Assembly (NCBI GenBank): GCA_905178155.1
Contig: CAJINV010000001.1
Span: forward strand, 15,934,142 to 15,998,141
DNA length: 64,000 nt
Reading direction: 5' to 3'
Origin: Amoebophrya sp. A120
Taxonomy: Eukaryota; Protista; Dinoflagellata
Each line of letters starts with the position of its first letter. Within the stretch, counting starts at the first letter, position 1. Made by a program: the position numbers and the translations under genes. Below the pieces are notes generated by a model. The model saw only the letters and a program-made list of their open reading frames with translations, was not told the origin of the DNA and ran no database searches. Shown in pieces: positions 1-11,129 of the stretch.

Positions 1-3000
1 TGCTCCTCTTCCAGAGCGCGCTCGAGAAAGGAGTCCATGGTTGGGAAAGAAGAACTACTGTCGTCCTTCCCTTCCAACTTCCGCCGCTCCTCCGTCGCGA
101 GCTGCCGGGCGCGGACGAGCAAGCGCCGGCGGCGCCGGAACTGCATGCGCTGGCAGATCGAGTCGCCGGCGGACGCGCCTTTCGCAAATACGTGCTCGGA
201 AGCGCGCTTCGCCTCGGTTTCCCGGTGGCTGTGGTCCATCCGCTCCTGGTGCTCGCGCTTCTCGATGTCCAGCATCGGGGCGCGCTCCGCGCGAATCGCT
301 TGCGCCTCGGTTCCGGGCAGGTACAGAGCGTCCTTCGGAACGGTCGCCGCACCGCGCGACTGCTCGAAGAAGGCGTGCTCCATGCAGTCTGCGGTGACGC
401 AGCCGGATCCGCCGTGCATCAACTGCGAGCACATGTAATCCCCGGCCGCCATGCTCTCGCCCATCGGCATGCCGGGCTCGTGACCCGGCTCGACTTGCGC
501 GACTGCGAGCATCATCTCAGTACGGGACACCGTCGCGGACATTGGGATGTCGCTGTTCGGACTCATCTTCTGCATCATGATGTCCTTCACCTTGTCCAGC
601 AGCTCGCAGACCTCCACCGCCACGCCCGGCGGCCGCTGGGACTTCATGCAGTCCTCGTAGTACGATTTGATCTCGCCGAACGTCAAACTCGGGCTGGTCG
701 GGTCCCGACTCGCGTACCGCTTGATCTGGTCGAACACGTCCCCGCCCTTGTCCTCCGCCTTCGCGATCATGGGCATGATGTCCCCGGACGCGATCCCGAA
801 CGTGATCGCCTCCGCCAGGCTGTGCCCGCCGTACTTCTCTGCCGTTACAGCCGCGTGCGCACGGTCTTGGACGCCTGGGGAGGTCGACAACCGGGTCTGG
901 AGATGATGCAAGTGGGCCAGCAACCGCGGCTCCCGAACCTCCATCTCATTGAAGTGGCCTGGCTCTGAAAACGCGAGTTGCAGCTGGTGCAGCATCTGGT
1001 CGGCGATTGTTGGAAAACCACCACACGCGGTTTCCGGGCATTTTTCCGGACAGTAACAAACCTCGGTGAAGTGTTCGTACGCAAAGTTTTCGAGCTCCAT
1101 CATCAGGTCCGGGCCGAACGGGTTCGGCGCTTCGTGGCACACCTCATGCAGGACTTCGCCGGTGGTGTGGCGTCCACTCATCTCCTCTTCGTGCTCCTTG
1201 ATCGCGAAGTCCGGCATCACCATGCCCTCGAAGCACGCGTACCCCTCCGGGGTGTTCTGCATGAAGTTCGTCGCGCCTTCCGGCATGTTGGCCATGGACG
1301 CAGCGTAGGATGTGTCTGCGTACCCGTTGTCCGTTGGGCAGTGGACGGTACCCGCGTGGTGATCGTCCACCAAACTCGGGTGGTAGCCCATCACATCCGG
1401 CTCCCAGGGCATCGCGTTCATGCACTCGGTGACGGGGGCGTGGGTGGCCGAGTTTGCTTCGTAGGTGACGCAGATCTCCGTGTTGAAAGGGTCCGCGCTG
1501 GTGTTCATGGGCACGTGCGGACGCGGGTGCGAGTCCATGTAAAAGATGGGTTTGAACGTGCCGTCGCTGCCGTCGAACATCTGCTGGTCCATCACACTGT
1601 GGATCGTGACCGGGGTGGTTCGATTCCCCGCGAGCGGCGAAGCCAGCGGCATCGGGGTGGTGGCATCCGTGGAGAGCGGAACCGGCTTTGGGGAGCTGGT
1701 TTGAGCTTGCCAGGCGGTCGCTAAACCGTGAACGTAGGACGGTGGCGGCGAAGCTGGAGCACCCGTGGCAGCTGGGGAAGGCATTGCGACAACGCCGGCT
1801 GGAACCTGTTGCAAGTTGCGTTTGGATCATACATTAACGGCAATGCAAAAGCATTTGCATTGTTCGCTTGGGCAAAACAAAAATGGCATGAACACACAAT
1901 GGCCACAAACAGCAAAGTATTTGGCAATACCGGCGTTCCCAAGTTGTAGTATCCGAGCGGAGTCGAGTGCACACCGCCCTGCAGCTGTCGACGCAGCACC
2001 CGACGCTTGCTCTCGTGAAACTTATCCACGACGTCCAACTGCCTGAATCGGTCGCCGGTGCGGCCCGTCAGCTTCCGAATGCTCTTGTGGCGGTTTCCGA
2101 AGCCCTTGTGGAAGGTGTGCTCGAACTTCTCCAACTTGTCCGCGTCGCCCGCCTTCAGCATGCGGCGCATCAGCGACCCGCGGTGCGCCGTCTTCATCTG
2201 CGCCGCGTGGTGCAACTTCTTCACGTCGAACTTGGTCAACCGCCGGAAGTTCCCGCCGCTCAACCGCGCCTGCCGCAGGTTCCGTCGGCGCCGGTGCCGG
2301 CGCTGCACGCGCGCGCGGCGGGAATCGTGGCCGCCCTCCGGTTTGGTGCCGCCGCGCTCCTCCCACGCCTGCATGATTTCGTCCATGCACATGCGCTTGT
2401 TGTGCAGACACTCGCAACGCATCTCCGCCTGGTAGTCACAGGTGTTCACCAGCACGTCCGTACCCGAAGTGGGGTCCAACGCCAGAAAGTGGCACCCGCA
2501 CTCCCGCATGCAACCAGGACCCATCTTGTCAGCCTCCAGGTTGAACGCCAGCGTGTGGTCGTGATTCAAATCGAAGTTCTGCGTCGCCGGGTCCATGGGG
2601 AGTGCGCGCTCCTCCGGGGGCAGGCGCTTGCAGCTGGGCAGTTCGTGCATCATGCGCCCGATGAAACCGACAAAGGTGACCGGCGCTGGCGGCTCCGGGT
2701 CCATGCGGGGCATCGGCTCGCCGCCGGAAGTAACATCCCGGTCGGGATTCTGCATTTGGGCCGGGTTCACGTGCTCGGTGACGCAAATCCCGGTGTGGCA
2801 ACAGAGATACTCCGTGTCCGGAAGGTTCGGGGACGCACAGATGCTTTGGCTCAGTACCGGCCACAAACGGCGTCCCGTGCCGTCGTACATCGCTTCCGCG
2901 GTATCGACGACGTCGCCCTCTTCCAATCGCCGGCGCCTCTGCCGCGCGAGCTCAGTCGCTTGCTCCCGACGCAGCTGCTTCGCGTAGGACACGGGCTTCG

Positions 3001-6000
3001 TCTTGTGCGCAAAGAAGTCGATGCTGGGGTTCTGGTTCGCGGTCAGAGACCGTCCCTTCGGACGTTCGTTCACATGCTGTTGCTGCAGGCGACGCGGTTT
3101 GCTGGCCAAAAGCAAATTCTCCGTATCCGTTTCGCGCAGAGACCGCCGCGGACTCGCACCAGCCTGTGCAGCGGTGGGGAACTGTGAGTCCGGAATGCCG
3201 GCGGCGGCGCCGGGTTGCAAAGGCGGAACGGCTCCGGCGCAAGTGTATGGATCCAACACGTCACCCGCAGCGGGCGCAACACCACCAGCGGCCATCATGT
3301 GGCCACGTGTCGGGGGATCTGAAATTCAATTTATTGTTTTTTGCAAAATAATTCGCGCCAATTGTAAAAACATTGTGTGTTCGTCCGCATCCACAATGAC
3401 AGCCACATGCAATGAAAAATAACAGCAGCTTCTTCGAACGGAAGCGAAATAAAACCATTTGCAATACTTGGAGCTCCCGGCGGCATCACCGGATCAGCAG
3501 CAAGGGTCATCGGGCGGTCAGTAGGGTACGTCGTAACCGGAGTTTGGTACACACCGGTCGACGCGTCCACAGTGGCTCCCATGCACACCGGCACATTGAT
3601 GGCCATGGCCTGCATGTCCTGAAACTGCGCAGCGCACCAGTGCGGGTTCCCCTCCAAACGCTCGGCGTGGTTCAACACCGCGTCCCGCAAGTGGTCCGGC
3701 GTGCCCCCGATCCCCGGCGCCGTGGCCATGGCACACGGCGTGCACGCGACCGGCTCCATTCCCGGCATGTGCGTCGCGTGGTGCGCATCGTCCCCCGCCT
3801 CCAACAGCTCGCGGCGCTCGGACGGCGTCAAGTCCAGCTGCTTCAACAATCGGTGCATCGACCGGGTCTGCGCCGCCTCCAGCTCCTTGTTTTCTCGGCG
3901 GCAATGCTCGTGCAGTCTCTCGACTTCCCGCTCGTCCATGGGACGCGCCGCGGCCATGCGCGCCACCTCTTCCGCGTCTAACACCCGCACTTCATCCGGA
4001 TCGTGGCGAGCCACGTCGTGCAACCGGCGGTGAAAGCTGTCCACTTTGTCGAGCAGAGCACGGCGGTTACTAGTACCAAGCTCACCTTCCTCTTCAGCCA
4101 ACGCCCGCATGCGGCGGCGCTCGCCGATCTCGACCAAAGCGCGGCGTTGGGAGCTGAGTCTGCGCATCCCGGGCACGACTTGGCCGAGGGTTTCACCTTC
4201 CGTGTCGTAGCGGCTGAAGTCCTGCGACTCGGGCATCACACCCTCCTCCCGCCGCATCTCGTGCGACTGGTCATCGTGCATGAACTGCATCAAGTAGCCG
4301 TGCACGCCCATGGCAATCTCGAAGGGCTTTTCCGATTCCGCAAGCAGCTTCAAGATCATCTGTTTGGGAAGCGCAACCCGCTCATTCTGCATTTGGTTGA
4401 CAGCCCAATTTTTCAGCCCCGCAACGTCATCGGCCATCAAAAAGTTCATCACGTTGTCCCCGATCTGATCGAGCGAAACCAAATTTCTCTTCCCAGCGTG
4501 TGTCAGCGTCATCAGCTCGCGCATCTGTCGCGAGGTCGGCTTCACGCCGTACTCCTTCGAATACACGTGCAGGTTGTTAGAAACGATGTGGCTTTCGTCG
4601 TCCAGCAAGTACCGCAAAGCCCGATCCTGCTCGTCGTCCTCCGCGACCAGGCGGCGCCCGGTCTTCTCCAAAACAGCGTAGTTATCCTGAGCAGCTGCGT
4701 CCGAAATTTCCCCCAAGCGTCGGTTGACGCGCTGCAGCCTGCGGTGAGTCTCCTCCGCGTCGTCAGTTTCCGGGTTGAATTCGAGCAAGATACGCCGGCG
4801 ACGCAACTTTTCGCTCGCTTTCAGCCGCCGCGACAAGATCCAGCTCTCGTACTGCGCAGAGCCGAGCAACTTCCGCCGCTGCTCGCGCAATTTCCGCTCC
4901 TGCTTCACGATCTTCGCTTCCAACTTGCGGGCGCGGGGGACGTTCACAAGCTTCTCGAAGACGTGAAAGTGTAACGGGTCCGAATCGCTTTCCTTTACCA
5001 ATGCAGACTCCTCCAACACCAAGTTTCCGAACCGATCACGCGTCCGCCGGCCGAACGCGAGCGTCGCGCGGAGTAACCGCGCAACGGAGGACGCGCTAGC
5101 CCCCGCCTGGCCGTAGCGCTGCAAGAGTTCCCCCAGATTCATGTTCGCCTCTTTGGCTGACAAGCCCGAGCGCTCGTCCATGAACGGACTCTCGAAATCC
5201 CGGATCCAGCACATCACCTCCGCAACGGGCTCTTCCAAGCTCTTCTCGCGCATGTAGTAGGCCTTGCAGGTCGGGAGTCCCACGCCGGTGTTCTCCACCC
5301 GGGATTTCATCTGCACGTCCCCGGCCGCCTGCATCTCGGCCATCTTGTCAAACGGCGTCGGCACCCGGCCGGCGTTCTTGCACTCCTCGTTCGTTAAAAC
5401 GCCGTCAGACCCAGCCGCGCGGGCGCAGAACGCGCGCTTGTCCGCCATGTCCTTCAGCTTCATCAAGTCACGCTCGTATCAAGTGCAAAAATGTCTGGGT
5501 CTGGAAGGATACAACCTGTGATGCTAATACTAATTTTGGAATCTACATAAAATCTGTATTGCATGAACAGCAAAAGAGGTGTCATTTGCGCTACGCGGAG
5601 AGGGCGTCTCTCATGCGGTATTAGCATCAGAAAGCTCTCGCAAAATCTCTGACGCTAGTGCATGCATCACAGACCTCATGGGGTATGCAAAATCTGCATG
5701 ACAAACTCCTGCATTCTTCCAGACCCAGACACTTTTGCAATGCATAGCTCGGAGCCGCAGTCGATACCGTCCCCCACGTCCGGCGTCACGAACATGGGGC
5801 ACACGTCGCTTTCCGGGCGATTCCCGGCAATGTCCATGCGGTTGCGAGCTTCCGGATCCATCGACGCCTTTTCGTGGATCGCCTCGTACTCGCGGGCCGT
5901 GACGCGACCGTCACCGTCCTTGTCCAAACCGCGCGTCATGGCGGGGGCGGACTCACAGAGCGCGTCGTTACCTCGTCGTTTATTTTGACATCAACAGCGA

Positions 6001-8247
6001 AATTCAAAATCCAAAAGATCAAAAAGGGCAACAAAGCAAAAAGTTGTGACATCTGACTAATCTTGTTCGTTGCCAGGGCCTTCTCTGAATTTCTGAAAAA
6101 AGAAACCAAGAAACCTTCGCACAACGCCTCCGCCAATTTGTCCGCTTCGATCGAGGATCCGCAGTGGATGTTCGAAACCATGCAAACCCGGGCCGCGATC
6201 TCCTGCAGACGCCGCGGGTCGCCGGCAGTCCACCACTGCGGCTTTTCGTACAGCACCCGCGTCTTCCCCGTGTTTTCCTCCAATAACTGCCTCCGCCGAA
6301 AAGTCCCCGCGAGCAATTCCGCCTCCATCAGGCGCCGCTGCGTCGTCAGACCGTTTTCCATGGCGTTCGAAACGTAGGTCTGCACCGCACTGGACTGCAT
6401 CATCATCGCACCGGCCGCGTCGGCGAATTCCGGCGCCGCCTGGCCCTGGCCCCGCTTGATCTCCATCTCGTCCACGAGCGTGTCGTTGTTTTTGTCCCAC
6501 TCGCTAAACACCTGCGCGACCGTCTTGCCCTGCGGCTTGCTGGGCAGCATGTTGTAGAAGGCGACAAAAGTCGTGGCGTTGCACCGCCCGGAAGGGCAGT
6601 ACGACTGGAGTTCCGGAACTGCGCCCATCGCGACGGGGAACGGCTTCTGCGCCTCGCACTGGACAACGAGCGTCGGCATGGTTGGCACGCAGGCAGCTTT
6701 CATCGGCATGCTGCTGTTGAACAGCGGTGTTGGGACCGTACAAGACGGGTTGGCCACCATCCCCGCGCCGGGCGGAGGGCAGCCGTTGTGCGCCAGAAAC
6801 GTTTCGGTCACGATGTCCCGCATTCCGGAAAAACCGTCCACGAACTCCATGCGCTTCTCCGGGTACTGAAAGCACGGGTCCGTGAAATTCGCTTTGGGTT
6901 GTGGGGGCGCCACCAGGCGCAATTTCGGGCCTCCGCCCTCCTGCGAAAACTCGCGCACCGCACCCTCGGTCACCGAGTACTTGTCGGAGACGGTAGCGGC
7001 CCCAAAGTTGAACACCTTCTGTCCCATAGAGGTGGGGACCGTCAAAGTCTGCAGCCGTCCGGCGGATTTCGGGTTGATCGTGACCAGAACCTGGATCACC
7101 TCCCCGAGCCCCTTCAACGTGTTTGTGCACATCGCGGTGCCCATGGTCACCCCGTCGTCCTGCAGCGTCCCGGGTTCGGACTTCATCATGCTGTCGTCAT
7201 TGTTGTCTTCCGCGTGCAGTAAACGCTTCCCGTACACCGCCTGCTCTTCCAGCAACGCGAGTTGCCGCCGGCCGCTGTGGTCCGCACTCGCGGGTTTGTA
7301 GTCCTTCGCCGCCTCCGCCGCCGCGTACCCCATCGCGAAGTTCATTAGGGCCATGATCACGATGATCACCCCCAGTGCGACTAAGGCGATCTTCATGTAC
7401 CGGTTTTCCTTTTCCACCTTATAACCTGCTCAGGTGTTACAATCTCAAACGTTACAATAGAATCTGGAATTTGTGTTGCATGAAGAGCATGAGGAACGTG
7501 CAGAGTGTTGCGCTTTCCGCAATACAAATTTCGGCAGATTCTAGTGCGGTTTGGCACTCCAGAACTTGTCATGCGCAAACCTATGCGAGTTGGGTAGATC
7601 ATGCACTTCTTGCATCACAGAATCCAGATTCTATTGTAACGTTTGAGATTGTAACGTCTGAGCGGGTCATACACCTTCTCGCAGGCCGCCGCCGCGGCCG
7701 CGAGCTCGGTGACGGAAACTTGCCCGTTGCCGTCCACGTCCCACTTCTCCATGACCTTTTTCACCTGGTCCGGAAAGTCGTTGTAGCAGATTTCCGCGGA
7801 GTTCGTCTCTTTCGCGTTCTTCATGCGCACCATGGCGTCGACCCAGTGGGTCACTTCGTCCTTGTGCAACTCCCCGTCGCCGTCCTTGTCCATGCGCGCC
7901 AAGCCCTCAGTCAGCCACTCCGGGAGGTTCTCATCCCGCATCATCTGCACGTTGATGGTGTTTGCATCTTCCCCCGTCCACATCTCCAGCGTCTTCTTCG
8001 GACTACCCGCTGCCCCGGGGGTGGTTTCCAGCGAGGTCGGCATCATCTTCTTAGCCCCGCCGGAATTTTTTCTCATCTGCAGCGACATCCTGGTGTTCGC
8101 GCGGTTGTCCGCAATGACGCCCTCAGAGGTGGTTTCGGCGTTCCCGTCTTCTCCGGCCGAGGAGGGTGGGGCGTCCGTGTCCGGGTTCACTTGAAGGTCA
8201 ATCGCAGCGGTGTCTGCTGGTTTAGACTCTGTGAACATACCAAACAT
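1..8247 (-). CDS. Giant EF-hand-containing type-II membrane protein with RR(x)L-rich spacers (putative polyprotein); 3' end lies outside the window
   Basis: Exons 8247-7675, 7417-6115, 5971-5748, 5472-3468, 3318-1931 and 1805-<1 join in frame (~2,430 aa, no stop before base 1; the last exon is missing from the ORF track because it runs off the edge). N-terminal EF-hands DKDGDGELHKDE and DVDGNGQVSVTE, TM helix IALVALGVIIVIMALMNFAMGYAAA, further EF-like loops DKNNDTLVDEME and DKDGDGRVTARE. GC3-rich codon usage. Confidence 0.85.
1806..1930 (-). other. Canonical GT-AG intron (125 nt)
   Basis: CCG|GTATTGC...CAACAG|GTT, phase 0; AT-rich; removal switches into the frame that stays open to base 1. 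Confidence 0.8.
3319..3467 (-). other. Canonical GT-AG intron (149 nt)
   Basis: CCA A|GTATTGC...TTTCAG|AT CCC, phase 1; joins ORF 3331-5466 to ORF 1721-3298 in frame. Confidence 0.8.
5477..5746. mobile_element. Introner (MITE-like intron-generating element), family A; best intron 5473-5747 is CT...AG
   Basis: TIRs tatcaagtgcaaaaatgtctgggtctggaag and (rc) tatgcattgcaaaagtgtctgggtctggaag; 5-bp TSD gctcg at 5472-5476 and 5747-5751; removing the element plus one TSD gives in-frame ...CGSE-RDLMKLK. Confidence 0.9.
5972..6114 (-). other. Canonical GT-AG intron (143 nt)
   Basis: GAA G|GTTTC...GACGAG|GT AAC, phase 1; gives in-frame LCEG-NDALCESAPAMTRGLDKDGDG. Confidence 0.8.
7420..7671. mobile_element. 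Introner, family B (~50-bp TIR); intron 7418-7674 is GT...AG using the TSD
   Basis: TIR 7420-7470 tataacctgctcaggtgttacaatctcaaacgttacaatagaatctgga vs rc of 7621-7671, ~5 mismatches; TSD cacct at 7415-7419 and 7672-7676 (AGGTG on the coding strand); splicing gives ...ACEK-VEKENRYM in frame. Confidence 0.92.
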
Positions 8248-9256
8248 CAGTAGCTACTTCTCCTGTGAAGAGGACCGTGTGTGATTCTATCTAAAAACTT
8301 TATGCAAATTTCGATTTCCTGTGTGAAGTATGTTCTCTTCGTCGATGGCCACACTTATAGAGCGATGTGTAGGCCACGATAATAGTGAAAACTCTGAGTA
8401 GAAGCGACCCGTGTAGATGAAAAAATGTACATGTGAATCTCTACGTCTGCACTTGGATTGTGTTCCTTGTGCTGTTCTTATGTCGTTTTATGTCTTTTTA
8501 GAAATTAAAATGGCTTATCCCAGAACCGGACGCCGCGGGTTGGTAGCAACACCGCAACGACTTATAAAATCTGGATTGTGCTGTCGTGGTTGAAACCCCC
8601 GGAAAAAACCACCGCCGCGACCTACTACTTTTATTAGTGAAGAAAGTAGGTGTAGAAATGTGACTGTGGCGCGCTTTCCGAATAGTTAACTGCCTGCGCT
8701 AGTTTGTCAGGTGCTGAATGTTACATATTTTATTCCTTGCCATGAAATGCTGGTGGACTTACAGTCTACCAAAGGCATTCATTCTCGTTTTTGAAGCAAA
8801 AAAACGAAGAAAACTACTGAAAAAAACTACCGAACAGGAGACCGACATCATGCGACAAGATGGACAAAACGGAGCTCGTGGAATACCACCACAGTGACTC
8901 AGACGCATCTTATTTGCAACTTTGAAAAACAAAAAAAAACGAAACCAAGAAACACCGAATGGCAGAATCAGTGATGACACCTGAGAGAGTCTGGTCGTGG
9001 TCTCTGACAAACTAAATGGGAGAGGGAGCATAGATACATTTATTAGAAAAAACGATGACCGACGAAGCGACTCTCCTTTTGATGGCAAGCAGCCAGACTT
9101 TTGTTGGTGTTCTGTCTCTTCGACTCGAACAAACCTATGTTTCTTGTGCAAGACAGCCCAGGCGTTCCTCATCTTACTTAACTTAACTGCACTCTCCTTT
9201 ACATCCGACTGAAACGCATGATCGTGATATCCACTTGTTCGTGTTCCATCTACAGA

Positions 9257-10678
9257 TTACATTCCGCTTGCGAAAAAGTTTGAATGTGGCCATAGAACGT
9301 AATCTAGGCAAAATGGGTATGCAAAGACTTGGTCTGTGAGAATGGACTGGCATTCAACATCCGTTGCGGATGAAGCGTCCGCTGAATGCAGCATTCTATG
9401 AACTTTCTTGTGCGTGTCCACATTTTTCGGATCAACAGAAACTACTGACATCGCTGCCTTATTCTTATTCTGCTCTAGAATCGTCCACACAACCCGACGC
9501 ACGTCCTTTTCCAGGCTCGAAGAAGCGAGTCGTTGCTTTCTATCCATATCTTCGGTAGATGGTGCAGCTGCGGCGGTGCCACTCTCTCGAGAAACTACGT
9601 ACTGAAGTAGAAGAACAAGCTCCGATTTGCCCACCGCACGGCTCCAGTTGATCCGAATAGAAAGAAGCTGGCAGTAGCGGTTGAAAACGCGAGCGTTAAA
9701 CTTGGTAACATTAGCTTTCCCACTGCATGATGCTCCTTCTACTTGGCCTTCGCCTTGGGCAGCCGCGGGTATTGACATTAACAACTTGAGCACACCGCGA
9801 TGAAAACGGAAGTGTGCTGGATGTAGCAACGGCACCGACAACGCTCCCCGGATCAAATGACCTAAATCGGAAGAAGAAATCATGGCAGCGATGCTTGCCT
9901 CCCCACGGCGTGGTGGCGGTAGTGGAGGAGCGCCTCGATGTATCATTGACGCTATTTTTCTTTGACTTTCAGATAGCTCCGCCAGCTCCGCAGTTTGTCG
10001 CACGATACACGCTTCCGCAACACCGCAAACTTGGGAAACAAGGTTGCGCTGTAACAGTAGCTCGGCATGTACTACTGCCTTCCACGATGCGCAAAGTTCG
10101 AGAAAACATGCCACTCGCTCGTGAGAAAAGAATTCCGCATCATCCCGAATTAAGTCCAATGCCTTTCGCAGGATCGACAAGGTCTCAGCGCCGTGGACAC
10201 GCTGCAGGAAGATTCCGTCAACAACACCGAGCCGCCACGCCGCAAGCAGACAATCACCGAAGCATTTTGAAAGTGTCCCTGGGTCCGGTATTTGCCTCCT
10301 CGTAGCTTCATCAATGTTTTCCTCTTCTCCGGGCGCAACACGACACGCAGACCGCTGCTTGCCAATTCCCGTCGCATCTCTGATTTTGCGAAGTCTGTCG
10401 TCCTCAGTCTGCTCATATATGACCCTGTAGTTCCGCGAAAAGAACTCTGCCCAAACCCTGCGACTGTCGTCGGCCGGATCCCTCTGCAAGTAGCTCTGCT
10501 TGTCTGCGATCAAATTCAGAAGCTCGCCCAAACTGACGAACGACTTGCACTCCAATACACGTGCAGCAGATTCCAGCTCCGGCCACCGCGCTCGCTGGTC
10601 CAAAAGCTCCCGGAGACGAACGCCCCCTGCTGAACTACAGCTACCGGCGCTGCTGCTTACGCGCTGCAGCCATCTCAT
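9257..10678 (-). CDS. Hypothetical protein (473 aa), helical; possibly organelle-targeted
   Basis: Single long ORF flanked by AT-rich DNA and on the same strand as its neighbours; Arg/Ser-rich N-terminus (MRWLQRVSSS); no confidently recognised domain. Confidence 0.65.
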   Translation of the reverse strand: MRWLQRVSSSAGSCSSAGGVRLRELLDQRARWPELESAARVLECKSFVSLGELLNLIADKQSYLQRDPADDSRRVWAEFFSRNYRVIYEQTEDDRLRKIRDATGIGKQRSACRVAPGEEENIDEATRRQIPDPGTLSKCFGDCLLAAWRLGVVDGIFLQRVHGAETLSILRKALDLIRDDAEFFSHERVACFLELCASWKAVVHAELLLQRNLVSQVCGVAEACIVRQTAELAELSESQRKIASMIHRGAPPLPPPRRGEASIAAMISSSDLGHLIRGALSVPLLHPAHFRFHRGVLKLLMSIPAAAQGEGQVEGASCSGKANVTKFNARVFNRYCQLLSIRINWSRAVGKSELVLLLQYVVSRESGTAAAAPSTEDMDRKQRLASSSLEKDVRRVVWTILEQNKNKAAMSVVSVDPKNVDTHKKVHRMLHSADASSATDVECQSILTDQVFAYPFCLDYVLWPHSNFFASGM

Positions 10679-11129
10679 GGCTATTTGGGAACGGGGGAGG
10701 CGTGCCTCTTGTTGCGCGACTTGACGACGATAAGACGGTTGCCAGTCTGGCTAGCAACGCGACGCAAACCTGTCGCACACTGGCTGCTAGAGATGCACGG
10801 CTTCATGATAGATCGCGCTTGTTGACAGGAGAGAGCTTCACGAGGAATGCAACCCACCTCTCTACCTTACGGTAAAACAAAGGCAGAAAAAGTGAACACG
10901 CATCCAGTCAGCACACAGGCCGGATAAAATGTTTTGCCCCGCTTCCATCGGCTGCGCTAGACGGAATGGATGCATCACTCGGCCCAGACATGAGTATGTT
11001 GATTGCTGGCCAATACGAAAAGCGTTAGACTTTCACCAGCAGCTGCCGAAATCTTTTTACGACATCGCGTCGGCTGCAACAGCTTGCGAAATACACTGCC
11101 GCGCAAGCACATTGACTGCCACAGCCCGG

